DNA of 64,000 nt from Latescibacteria bacterium UBA6620 (lineage in GTDB: Bacteria > Latescibacterota > UBA2968). Location: assembly GCA_002433075.1 (NCBI GenBank), contig DJHM01000038.1, positions 4,075 through 68,074 of the forward strand. The letters run 5' to 3'. Positions 36,934 to 46,569 of the stretch are shown here, piece after piece (the first letter of the stretch is position 1; every line of letters begins with the position of its first letter). Position numbers and translations under genes: made by a program. The notes under the pieces were generated by a model, which saw only the letters and a program-made list of their open reading frames with translations, did not search any database and was not told the origin of the DNA.

Positions 36934-37961
36934 TCTTTCACCTCGCAGTCCAACCAGCACAGGGCTGTATCGATGGCCGCCACCTGGAACCCGACCTGCG
37001 TTCCCACAGGGGTCCTGGCGTTGTTGTTCTGGACTTCCGTCACGATGTGCAAACACTCCCTTTCTATTTCATCCCACGCTTCGATCAGATACTCCGACTG
37101 TTCCGATCCCCGGCGGTACCTCGTCCCAGGGCTGGGTCTTGGATTCTGTCCGCCTTCGCGCCAGCGGTCGTGAATGGCTTGACCCAGAGCCTCATACGCG
37201 CATCGACGATCTTCATCGAACTCGCGCAGTCCTGTCGGCAGGTTTACGTGACAGTTATGCTCCGAACCGACATACTCTGTCTGATGCAGGTCGATCCACG
37301 CACGATAGTTCCATCGAGCGTCCAGATCGAAAAACGAGCGGAAAAACGTCGATCTGTGGTCCCGATTTGGTTCGACGTAGGTGTGCGCATCGATTTGCTC
37401 GTATGCGATACCCAGACGCTTCGGGCGCTCGACTTCACGACTGTCCCACGCAGGCACCCGGGGGAATCGTTCACCGGGCGCATCCCCTCGCTCGCCAAAC
37501 ATCCAGAGGAAAAACGTTTCGTTCGGAACCTCGGTCCCGTCCCAGAACTTCACGGGCGCCCGCTGGCTGCCCCCGGGGTTGGCGTCCGGCACGAACGTAA
37601 TCGAGAACCGAGTGAGTACCCATTCTCGCCACGAGCGTGCTCCGGACTACCGACCGGATAGCAGATCGAGAATCAACCAGCTCGCCGCCGTAGCGGCGGG
37701 CTCGTGGGCGTGAGGTCTGGCCACAAACACCCCGATCGGCCCTTCGCCCACCGTTACCGCGTAAACCGTCCGTCCCCCAAACTGCCTAAATCGGTCGACC
37801 TTCACAGATTCCAGAGAATCATAGTATTGTACGTGGAAGTCGGCCTCATCAGGCGTGACCGTCAATTCTGAAGGACCCGGGACGAGTCCCGAGAGGTCGG
37901 CCAGGCGTTTCATCAAAATCGAGTGGCCTCGGGGGAAAAGCGACAGGCTCTGATGCGCCAT
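36930..37961 (-). CDS. M14-like zinc carboxypeptidase-family protein, interrupted by in-frame TAG (37647-37649)
   Basis: ORFs 37647..37961 and 36930..37592 are in the same frame: ...VFVARPHAHEPAATAASWLILDLLSGR*SGARSWREWVLTRFSITFVPDANPGG.... The HxxE zinc motif and the P.ANPGG motif lie on either side of the stop. Confidence 0.6.
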
Positions 37962-38071
37962 TTTGAGAGCTTTTCTTGTCTGCCCAAATCAATTCGTTTA
38001 TATTAGTCGTCCTGCCACCAACGCAGGGCATTTCATTAGGTCTCTTAAGGTCGACGCGTGAATCGCACGTC

Positions 38072-38536
38072 ATGAATTTCAAAGAAACACTCAAGGCTGA
38101 GCCCGTACGGCGCATCGACCTTTCCTTCTACGTGGAAGTGAGAAAAGGCACCACGGTGGCCGATGCGGTAGAAAAGATGCAGGCCAGCCATCGCAAGTGT
38201 GCGCTCGTTCTGGACGGCGATCAACTCGAAGGCATTTTCACCGCCCACGACATCAGGGACCTTGCCCGCGAATCCGATGCACTCCAGCAGTCGATCGATT
38301 CGGTGATGACGCGTAATCCGGAGACCATCAGCGGTGACGCGTCGTTGTTCGAAGCCATTCAAGTTCTGAACGACAAGCCCTATCGATACCTGCCGGTTCT
38401 GAACAAGGACGGCCACGTCATCGGTACCCTCACCCACTTCGCCGTCCTCAAGCACATCTCCGATCACTTCCCGGAAGATATCTACAACCTGCCTCCGGAA
38501 CCCAATCGATTCGCACAGTCGCGCGATGGCGCCTGA
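38072..38536 (+). CDS. CBS-pair domain protein
   Basis: Internal Met of ORF 37976..38536, 154 aa with two CBS repeats (TTVADAVEKMQASHRKCALVLDGDQLEGIFTAHDI and ASLFEAIQVLNDKPYRYLPVLNKDGHVIGTLT). Confidence 0.8.
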   Translation: MNFKETLKAEPVRRIDLSFYVEVRKGTTVADAVEKMQASHRKCALVLDGDQLEGIFTAHDIRDLARESDALQQSIDSVMTRNPETISGDASLFEAIQVLNDKPYRYLPVLNKDGHVIGTLTHFAVLKHISDHFPEDIYNLPPEPNRFAQSRDGA

Positions 38537-38567
38537 CCATTCCGTTTCTCAGTGGAGATTTTGAATT

Positions 38568-40430
38568 ATGGCCGAAACTCCGGCTGAAGCAACCGACGAC
38601 GAAGGCATCGAAGTCGTCGAGTCTATCGCCGTTCGCTTCGCGGGCGATTCAGGCGACGGAAGTCAGATTATCGGCAATGAGTTTGCAAATACCTCGGCCA
38701 TACTCGGAAACGACATTTCGACGCTGCCAGATTACCCGGCTGAGATTCGTGCTCCGGCCGGTACCTTGCCAGGAGTCAGTGCCTTTCAGGTAAACCTTTC
38801 CAGCGAAGAGATCTACACGCCCGGCGACGAGCCACAGGTTCTTGTGGCAATGAATCCTGCCGCTCTCAAGGCTAACATCGACGATCTCCCCCCGGGTGGC
38901 GTCCTCATCGCCAACACCGATAACTTCACGCGTAACAATCTCCGAAAGGCAGGATACGACCAGGACCCCCTGGGAGACGGGTCTCTGTCGTCCTATCGCG
39001 TCGCAAAGATTCCTCTCACCACGCTCCATAAAGAGGCCCTGAAGCATCTCGATGGCCTATCCAATCGGCAGATCGACATCATGAAGAACATGTTCTGTCT
39101 TGGGTTGGTGTATTGGATCTTCGATCGGCCGATCGAACCCACGATCCGAATGATCGAGAAGAAGTTCGCCGCTAACCCCTTGGTCGTTGAAGGCAACACC
39201 ACGACGATGAAGGCAGGCTACAACTTCGGCGAAACCACAGAACAATTCCAGTATCGGTATCGAGTCACGAAGGCGCCTGTCGAGCCAGGGACCTATCGGA
39301 CGGTGAATGGTGCCCAGGCAGCAGCTCTCGGGCTCGTGACGGCAGCCACCAAAGCTGGCCTCACTCTCTTCTACGGAAGCTATCCCATCACGCCGGCGAG
39401 CTCCCTGCTGGAGGAACTCGCCTCCCTCAAGAACTTCGACGTTCGCACCTTCCAGGCCGAAGACGAAATCGCCGCGATGGGTTCGACCATCGGGGCCGCG
39501 TTCGGGGGCGCTCTCGCCGCCACAGGGACAAGCGGCCCTGGCATCGCCCTTAAAAGCGAGGCGATCAACCTGGCCCTTGTCCTCGAATTGCCGATGGTCA
39601 TCTGCAATTTTCAGCGAGGGGGGCCAAGTACGGGGCTGCCCACCAAGGCGGAACAAAGCGACTTGCTCCAATGCATGTACGGACGGAACGGGGAAAGCCC
39701 GATGATCCTGGTCGCAGCCCAATCTCCAGCCGACTGCTTCGACACGGCGATCGAAGCCGCACGGCTCGCGATCGAAACCATGTCGCCCGTCTTCTTCATG
39801 TCCGATGGATATCTCGTCTTCAGTTCGGAGCCCTGGCGTATCCCCGACCCTGATTCGATTCCCGAGATTCCCGTCACTCCCTGGACGAATCCAAACGATT
39901 TCCAGCCCTACAGCCGAAACCCGGATACCCTCGCAAGGCCCTGGGCTCTGCCCGGCACCCCCGGGCTCGAGCATAGGGTTGGCGGCCTCGCCAAGCAAGA
40001 TGGGACCGGGAACGTCTCCTACGACCCCAACGACCACCAGCATATGGTGGGCACGCTTCAGGAGAAAGTCGACCGCGTGGCGGATCGGATTCCCGAGCAA
40101 TCGGTCGACGGACCCGAATGGGGGGATCTGCTCGTCGTCGGATGGGGCAGCACCTACGGTGCGATTCGATCAGCAGTCCAGCGGTCGCAGCAGAAAGGCC
40201 AGAAGGTTGCCTTCGCACACGTCCGATATTTGAACCCGTTCCCCCGCAATCTTGGCGACATCCTTCTCAAGTACGACAAGGTTCTGGTCCCTGAACTGAA
40301 TGGTGGCCAGTTGGCCCACCTCCTCGATGCGAAATACCCGTTGAAGGTAATCTCTTACCCCAAGATTCAAGGTCAGCCTTTCCGGATTTCGGAAATCACC
40401 GCAAAGATCGACGAACTCCTGGACTCCTAA
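38568..40430 (+). CDS. korA: 2-oxoglutarate/2-oxoacid:ferredoxin oxidoreductase subunit alpha (gamma-alpha fused type)
   Basis: 620 aa with FAGDSGDGSQIIGNEF...DYPAEIRAP at the N-terminus and the central YPITPASSLLEEL. Confidence 0.9.
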   Translation: MAETPAEATDDEGIEVVESIAVRFAGDSGDGSQIIGNEFANTSAILGNDISTLPDYPAEIRAPAGTLPGVSAFQVNLSSEEIYTPGDEPQVLVAMNPAALKANIDDLPPGGVLIANTDNFTRNNLRKAGYDQDPLGDGSLSSYRVAKIPLTTLHKEALKHLDGLSNRQIDIMKNMFCLGLVYWIFDRPIEPTIRMIEKKFAANPLVVEGNTTTMKAGYNFGETTEQFQYRYRVTKAPVEPGTYRTVNGAQAAALGLVTAATKAGLTLFYGSYPITPASSLLEELASLKNFDVRTFQAEDEIAAMGSTIGAAFGGALAATGTSGPGIALKSEAINLALVLELPMVICNFQRGGPSTGLPTKAEQSDLLQCMYGRNGESPMILVAAQSPADCFDTAIEAARLAIETMSPVFFMSDGYLVFSSEPWRIPDPDSIPEIPVTPWTNPNDFQPYSRNPDTLARPWALPGTPGLEHRVGGLAKQDGTGNVSYDPNDHQHMVGTLQEKVDRVADRIPEQSVDGPEWGDLLVVGWGSTYGAIRSAVQRSQQKGQKVAFAHVRYLNPFPRNLGDILLKYDKVLVPELNGGQLAHLLDAKYPLKVISYPKIQGQPFRISEITAKIDELLDS

Positions 40431-40459
40431 CGCAGCAGCTTTCTGGAGAACGCATCACA

Positions 40460-41995
40460 ATGACCGAAGTAACGGCGGCACCTCAGCTCACGCGCAAAGA
40501 CTTTGTCTCCGACCAGGAGGTCCGGTGGTGTCCTGGATGCGGTGATTATGCCATCCTCGCACAGATGCAGCGCATAATGCCCGAGCTTGGCATTCCCAAA
40601 GAGAAAATCGTATTCGTCTCGGGGATCGGATGTTCAAGCAGATTCCCCTACTACATGGATACTTATGGAATCCACTCGATCCACGGACGTGCGCCTACCC
40701 TGGCGACCGGGCTCAAAGTAGCGAACCCCGACCTAGCAGTTTGGGTTATCACGGGGGATGGTGACGGGCTGTCGATCGGCGGCAACCATATGCTCCACGT
40801 GCTCCGTCGGAACGTCGACCTGAATATCGTGCTGTTCAACAATCGAATCTACGGCCTCACGAAAGGTCAGTACTCTCCGACTTCCAAGCCCGGCCACGTC
40901 ACGAAGTCATCGCCGATGGGTTCTGTCGAGCAGTCTTTCAACCCCATCTCCGTTGCGATCGGAGCGGAGGCGACCTTCGTTGCCCGGTCGGCGGACCGCA
41001 ATACGAAGCACTTGGCCGACATCCTTACCAAGGCCGCAGCACATAAAGGCACATCGTTCGTCGAGATTTACCAGAACTGCAACATCTACAACGATGGTGA
41101 ATGGCTCCACGTTACCGAGGCGGACGTTAAGGATGACAACACACTCATCCTGGAAGACGGCGAACCCATGATCTTTGGGAAAGACAGAGATCGAGGTATC
41201 CGTCTGAACGGGCTCTACCCCGAAGTCGTTCAACTCGGCAACGGAACGACCGAAAAGGACCTCCTGGTTCACGACGAGCAGGCGGAAGGCCCGGAACTGG
41301 CCTATCTGCTCAGTCGGCTTGGCCCGCCCGAGTTTCCCGTTCCACTCGGTGTCTTCCGATCAATCGAACGACCGACCTACGAAGCACAGCTGGCGGACCA
41401 AGGCAGGAGGGCACGGGAAGAGCGCGGCGACGGCGACCTGGCCACCCTGTTCCACGCCACCGACACGTGGATCGTGCCCGAGGATTCCGGCTGGATTCCA
41501 CCAGAGCAGCGACGCGACGTGTCGACAGAGGTCTCTCCCTCCACACCAGACTACACCCCGGACATCCATCACGAAGTAGAGCAGAGCGAGCTGCAGGCGC
41601 TGATGGAGAAGCGTATCGCCACGCTCGACCTGCCTGAACCTGCCTGCGTGAAGGCAGAAACGACACTCGCCGAGGCCATCGAGCTCATGCAGGATCGGAA
41701 CCTCGGATGCCTGCTCGTGACCGATGACAGCGACCGGATCGAGGGGATCTTCGCTCAGGGGGATATCTTCTCGCAGGTCGCCCGCCGCGAGATGGACATG
41801 GACACCACCACCGTCGGGTCCCTGATGACGTCCGATCCGACGACCCTCAGTCGTTCCGCCCCGATCGGCCACGTGCTCCATATGATGGCGGGTCACGGAT
41901 TCCGACACATCCCCATCGTGAACGGAGATGGCAAGCCCGTCGCGCTCGCCTCGTTCAAATCGATCCTAGGTTTCCTAGGCGACCTACTCAAGTAG
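40460..41995 (+). CDS. korB: 2-oxoacid:ferredoxin oxidoreductase subunit beta with C-terminal CBS-pair extension
   Basis: 511 aa with RWCPGCGDYAIL and the TPP motif ITGDGDGLSIGGNH. About 160 extra C-terminal residues form two CBS repeats (...LGCLLVTDDSDRIEGIFAQGDI... and HGFRHIPIVNGDGKPVALAS). Confidence 0.9.
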   Translation: MTEVTAAPQLTRKDFVSDQEVRWCPGCGDYAILAQMQRIMPELGIPKEKIVFVSGIGCSSRFPYYMDTYGIHSIHGRAPTLATGLKVANPDLAVWVITGDGDGLSIGGNHMLHVLRRNVDLNIVLFNNRIYGLTKGQYSPTSKPGHVTKSSPMGSVEQSFNPISVAIGAEATFVARSADRNTKHLADILTKAAAHKGTSFVEIYQNCNIYNDGEWLHVTEADVKDDNTLILEDGEPMIFGKDRDRGIRLNGLYPEVVQLGNGTTEKDLLVHDEQAEGPELAYLLSRLGPPEFPVPLGVFRSIERPTYEAQLADQGRRAREERGDGDLATLFHATDTWIVPEDSGWIPPEQRRDVSTEVSPSTPDYTPDIHHEVEQSELQALMEKRIATLDLPEPACVKAETTLAEAIELMQDRNLGCLLVTDDSDRIEGIFAQGDIFSQVARREMDMDTTTVGSLMTSDPTTLSRSAPIGHVLHMMAGHGFRHIPIVNGDGKPVALASFKSILGFLGDLLK

Positions 41996-42013
41996 ATCAG
42001 CATTCACCAACTG

Positions 42014-42053
42014 AAAATGCCCACCGCTTCCACACGGTGGGCATTTTTCTTTG
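42014..42053 (+). terminator. rho-independent terminator after korB
   Basis: AAAATGCCCACCG / CGGTGGGCATTTT 13-bp stem with an 8-nt loop, followed by a T-run, starting 19 nt after the TAG stop. Confidence 0.75.
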
Positions 42054-42068
42054 TTCGAGGGATCCCCA

Positions 42069-43044
42069 TTGAGCGCACTTCGAATCGGTATCATTGGGTC
42101 CGGTGGGATAGCCACACGCAGGGCGCACAGCTTTGCCGCTCTTCCGGAGTGCCGCATCGCCGCGATCGCGGCACGAAACCCCGAGACCGGCCCCGCGCTG
42201 GCCGAAGCACACGGATCGGATCTGACGACGGATTAGGCGCAGCCTCGTAGCGAGGGACAACCTGGACGCGCTCGTCGTCGCGACCCATAACGCCCTCCAC
42301 GGGGAGATCGTCGCTGCCGGACTCGAACAGGGCCGCCACATCTTCTGTGAGTACCCCACCTCACGGCGCCCGGCAGAATGGTCCAGAATCGCCAGCCTCA
42401 TCGAAGGCTCTGATGTTCTTCGGCTTACCCACAATGCGCACGTCTCCGAAGAACACCTTGCGCTGTCAGATTCCGTCCAAAGCAGCGCCCCCCTGCTTTC
42501 TAAATTCCTCAGGTTGACACCCGGACGCGGAAAACGCCCCGAGGTCCTGTTCAATCTCTATCTGTCCAGTCCCCCGGCGCTTTTCTTCGTTTATGAGATT
42601 CATCCCTACGTGAAACTCTTCGGGAAAGCCGAAACCGTCCACTGCGAGGCGCACTACGAGGGCCTTCACGACGACGCCTCCTACGACCGGTTTACCACCT
42701 GCCTAACCGTTCGCTTCCAGAACGGTGCCCGCAGTCAGTGGACGTGGGCAGGCGGTATCTCCATCGATGCAGCGATCCAAGAAGCCAGAATCGTTTCTCA
42801 CGGCGCCACCTTCATCGAGGCGAAGGAAGCCTGGGATATCGCCACACCGACCGGGACCACGCCCCTGGAGTTCGTTGACAACGATACCACCCTGGAGACG
42901 CTCTTCCTGGACGACATTCGAGGAGGAACAGACTGGCAGGCCGACGTCCGTACCGACCTCGAGGCTGACAGGATCTCGCTCGCAGCGGAGGTATCTGCCA
43001 CAGAAGGACGCGTCGTCGAGGTCGACGAAATCGGTTCGCTCTAG
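42069..43044 (+). CDS. Gfo/Idh/MocA-family oxidoreductase (frameshifted as read at 42231-42236)
   Basis: SALRIGIIGSGGIATRRAHSFAALPECRIAAIAARNPE...GSDLTTD then TAG. The +1 frame continues (W)RSLVARDNLDALVVATHNALHGEIVAAGLEQGRHIFCEYP... to 43044. GATTAGG reads as GATTGG plus one extra A. Confidence 0.7.
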
Positions 43045-43094
43045 GACCACTCGACTCTTTCTACAAAGGCCCCCCCGTCCAAGCGAAGGGGCCT

Positions 43095-43598
43095 TTATGG
43101 TTTCCTGAATGAGATCGTCGGCACGGGAGGCCATTCGACCCCTTCTAGCCCATCGGGGCCGGCTTGCCTGGCTCGCTCACGACCCTCGTCGATCCTCTTC
43201 TTGACCAAGCCGATGTCGACTCCGAGAAAGTCATCCGGGAACTGTTCGAGTTTGGCGCCTGCGTTGTTGAAGTGCTTGACCACCCCGTGATAGACTCCGC
43301 GTCCCAGCTGGTAATAGGCAGCCGCAAGCTGAATAAGGGCCTGGAAGAATACCCGACTCGGGACATCGCAACGTCGCCAGACCTCCTCCCACGCCTCGTG
43401 ACTTTCCCAATACTCGGACGAGTTGAAGAGCTCCGCACCACGGTGAAGATCGATCCAATCCTCCTGATTCAGTGGAGGTTCGACGACCTCTTCCGGAGCC
43501 AGCGAATATGCCGGACGCTCGCGCGCACTCTCGAAGTCTCGTTTCACACTCGCCTCCGGTTTATCCAGAATTCGACGCAAGATGGTCGAGCGCACCAT
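43095..43598 (-). CDS. DUF309 domain protein
   Basis: 167 aa with LFNSSEYWESHEAWEEVWR...FFQALIQLAAAYYQLGRG. The start is uncertain because it overlaps the upstream ORF by 38 nt. Confidence 0.75.
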   Translation of the reverse strand: MVRSTILRRILDKPEASVKRDFESARERPAYSLAPEEVVEPPLNQEDWIDLHRGAELFNSSEYWESHEAWEEVWRRCDVPSRVFFQALIQLAAAYYQLGRGVYHGVVKHFNNAGAKLEQFPDDFLGVDIGLVKKRIDEGRERARQAGPDGLEGVEWPPVPTISFRKP

Positions 43599-44298
43599 CG
43601 ATCGCCGCGAGATGTCCCAAGACCCGGACGTCGAAATCTAGACTGCTCGGAGACTCAGCCGTGATCATCCTTTCCGTATGCCCTTCCCTGAAGAGGGAAA
43701 TCGGGATGCCGCTGCCGTCTCTAAGCTTCGGTGCGTTCATATTCGGAAAGATCACTCCGTCGGCGGCGTCCTCACCATCGATCCGGGTTCGGCCGTCGAT
43801 CGGACAGACGGACCTCACACGCTCGATCAGCATTTGACCGATCGAAACCTTGTTGAACTGTTCGTAGAGATAGTAGCCCGGGCTCTCCCAATCCTCATGA
43901 AGATCCAGAACGCACCGAATGTCGCGACCCGCAACCAAACTCTTCACACACGAAATCTCCGGCACATCATCGCGCAAGTATGCCCAGTTCACGTCGATGT
44001 CCTGGGCATTGTGCCGCTGATCGCGAACTCAGGCGTGTGGACAGAGACAGGGCACCACCGTCAAACGAAACAAACGACTCCATCGTTCGGCCCCATTCTC
44101 GAGAAACCGCAAAGCCGCCTCGACGCCCGCGGGCTCATTGCCGTGCGTGCCCGCATTGATGTAGATGTTGGGATGGTCTTCGTTCCCCAGTTCTACGGTC
44201 AGAACGGGATGCCCCGCAATGTCGTCGAGAACGCGGCATCGTTCACGCTGGAGAGCTCGCACCCCGTCAACGATCGATGAGTAATCCCTCTCGCTCAC
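43561..44298 (-). CDS. M14-family zinc carboxypeptidase-like protein, interrupted by in-frame TGA (44029-44031)
   Basis: ORFs 44029..44298 and 43561..43992 share a frame: ...NIYINAGTHGNEPAGVEA...VVPCLCPHA*VRDQRHNAQDIDVNWAYL...VLDLHEDW.... The HxxE, N..G.D.N and LH.D motifs are all present. Confidence 0.65.
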
Positions 44299-44320
44299 GA
44301 AGCGCCCTTCTTGTCAGATC

Positions 44321-45288
44321 TCAAGCCATCGCTTCGATTTCGCTCAGGGCTTCGATCACGCGGCCATGGATGGCACCGTTGCTCACCACGAAACCCCGAT
44401 TCCGCTTCATTAGAGGATCCGATCGAAAATCCAGGTCCCTCCCACGCATATCCGTAACCCGCCCTCCGGCCTCCTCCACAATCAAGGAACCCGTTGCATG
44501 GTCCCAGATCTTCTCCGCATAACGTTTGCCGTCGGCTGAAGGCAAGCGCAAATACAGAACGGCGTCTCCCCGGGCCACGGCGGCGTATTTGGCCTGGCTG
44601 TCCATTCTCAGGGAGGACGTCTGAATATCGACGACGCGCGCAGCCGCTGACTGAAGTGCGGGATTCCCGTGCGAGGACTCTACACTTTCGACGAAACGCC
44701 ACGAGTCCGGAGAGGAGGCATCGCTCACCGCGATCGAATCTCGTCGTCCGGTCGGCAACACGGACCAGGCCCCTCTCCCCGAACGGCCAGAAACGTGCTG
44801 CTTTTCCCTTTGTCCAGCACGGGACACGCGAGGGCGGCGACATCCACGCGGCCCTCGACGATCAAGGCGAGGGCAATTGCGTACTGGTCGTTTCTCAGGA
44901 ATCCCTTGGTCCCGTCGATCGGATCGATGGTCCAGAACCGGTCCCCCACGGTTCAATTTCCCGGGTCGATCCAGGCCCGAATCTCCGGCTCTTTGGCGTC
45001 GTACCTACACCTTTCCAGGTGTTATTCGATCGCCCCCATCAACCCGCAATGTTCGGGTTGAACCAGATCGCTCGCATCTTCTTCCGCTACGATCGCATCG
45101 TCTGGGAACGTCTCGACCAGCCACCGACAGATCAGGGCTTGTGAACCAAAGTCGGCAACCGTGACCGGACTGCTATCGGATTTTTCGATCGCGTAACTCG
45201 CATCGAGTTCGCCACGTACCTGCTCGCACAGGACGGCCGCTTCACCGATCGCCTGAAGGGCGACATCCACCTCCGCCTCGTAGTTCAC
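44321..45288 (-). pseudogene. cysQ: 3'(2'),5'-bisphosphate nucleotidase (CysQ/HAL2-like, inositol monophosphatase family) with two in-frame stops and one frameshift
   Basis: It reads ...SPVTVADFGSQALI...AIE*(TAA 45022)HLERCRYDAKEPEIRAWIDPGN*(TGA 44953)TVGDRFWTIDPIDGTKGFLR...VRGEG. A slip in the C4 run at 44770-44773 follows, then AWSVLPTGRR...KIWDHATGSLIVEEAGGRVTD. Confidence 0.7.
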
Positions 45289-46166
45289 TTCGAGTCCACC
45301 GATCGATCCAGCCAGCCAGGGAGATCAAGCTCGGCGGATTTTCGCCACGCTGTCAGCAGCAAAGACGCAGAGAACCTCACAGCCTCCCGAGAGCGCTCCA
45401 TCGCGAATGCCGAGACGTGTTCGTTCGGTGCTGGGTCCTGCGGGTCGGTCCCAGGCAACACATCACCCAAGGCATAGACCTCGTCGACCAACCGGAAGCC
45501 CGCAGAAAACTGAGCCATAATCGTCGGCATCAGCGAATCCACCGATGTCGGAGCAATCCCGGCCGAAAGTAATGACCTTGAGAGACCGAGCGTTTCAGGT
45601 AAAGCATCAACCTTCATATGAATGCCTCGATGCTGCATCGTTCCATCCTCTCCCGGTCGGCCATCGGCGTGCGCCGTGAGGTGTAGTGGCTGACAGAGGT
45701 CCTGGGCATAGTGAGTTACGTAGCCCGCATAAACGAGGCACTTGTTCTGGATATGGGCATTGTTCGGCCACTTCCGGTGTTCGGCGAAAGCCACAGCCAG
45801 GCGCTCGGTCCACTCGCCAACTGCGTAGGGAAGGAAACCAACCTTTTCTGGACGCAAGCCCATCTCGTGACACAGGGCGATGTAGTGAAAGCGCTCCATC
45901 GGGAGAGGTCTGCCCTCGAGCAGCTCCAGATCCAGGTAGTGCTCGACCCGTTCCGCATTTCGTACGACGGGAGTGCCTCGATTCTTAGCAACGTCGGGAT
46001 CGTAGGAGGCGTGGGCGACCGCACGTCCTCCATCCCTGAAGAATTTGGGAACGTCCTGCGGGAGCGCGTCAATAGCGGCCATCGAGAGGATATCGTGCCC
46101 CCCACCCCACCAACCGAACGCGGGTGAAACCGTCAGGAAGAATACGGCGATGACCATCCGAATCAC
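45285..46166 (-). CDS. S1/P1-nuclease / zinc phospholipase C superfamily protein, secreted
   Basis: 293 aa. After the signal peptide it has the W(W)GGGGH motif, and also HYAQDLCQPLHLT. Confidence 0.7.
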   Translation of the reverse strand: MIRMVIAVFFLTVSPAFGWWGGGHDILSMAAIDALPQDVPKFFRDGGRAVAHASYDPDVAKNRGTPVVRNAERVEHYLDLELLEGRPLPMERFHYIALCHEMGLRPEKVGFLPYAVGEWTERLAVAFAEHRKWPNNAHIQNKCLVYAGYVTHYAQDLCQPLHLTAHADGRPGEDGTMQHRGIHMKVDALPETLGLSRSLLSAGIAPTSVDSLMPTIMAQFSAGFRLVDEVYALGDVLPGTDPQDPAPNEHVSAFAMERSREAVRFSASLLLTAWRKSAELDLPGWLDRSVDSK

Positions 46167-46420
46167 ACGCAGCTCCTTTTCCCTTGACCCGGAACGGGTA
46201 TGCGTTTACACTCTCTCCCTGTCTTCGGCCTGCGATTCGTTTCGAGCTCTCTGGGGAGTGTAGCTCGATTTCGTCCGCTGGCCGATCCCTCTTTCAGCAC
46301 CCCGGGCAAATGCCTGCGGCTGCTTTGATTTTTCCGCCCTAGGATGAGGGCTTGGCAGGAGCCAACTGAAGAGCGCTGAATCTACCCTTCTGCGTCTTTT
46401 CTGTCAACGGAGCGAAATCA

Positions 46421-46452
46421 AAGGGCCACCCGCCACGTGACGGATGGCCCTT
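46421..46452 (-). terminator. hairpin terminator after tRNA-Sec
   Basis: AAGGGCCA / TGGCCCTT 8-bp stem with a 16-nt loop, followed on the minus strand by TGATTTCG. Confidence 0.5.
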
Positions 46453-46458
46453 CTTGAA

Positions 46459-46556
46459 TGGCGGAAGCGCATCGGAATCGAACCGATCCTGTGTGGTTAT
46501 AGCACACAACAACGGCTTTGAAGGCCGCGGGGGACACCAGTTCCCCTTCCGCTTCC
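46459..46556 (-). tRNA. selC: tRNA-Sec (anticodon UCA), CCA encoded
   Basis: Reverse complement reads GGAAGCGGAAGGGGAACTGGTGTCCCCCGCGGCCTTCAAAGCCGTTGTTGTGTGCTATAACCACACAGGATCGGTTCGATTCCGATGCGCTTCCGCCA. It has anticodon loop CTTCAAA, a 6-bp long variable arm and an extended acceptor. It lies next to selAB. Confidence 0.9.
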
Positions 46557-46569
46557 CGGTCAATGGATC

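Noticed and set aside
44029-44031. In-frame TGA of the second M14-like gene as a second selenocysteine codon.
   Set aside because: The position (LCPHA*VRDQRHN) is in a non-redox loop of a zinc peptidase fold with no Cys-containing motif expected. I see no convincing hairpin 15-40 nt downstream. The neighbouring genes carry ordinary nonsense and frameshift lesions.
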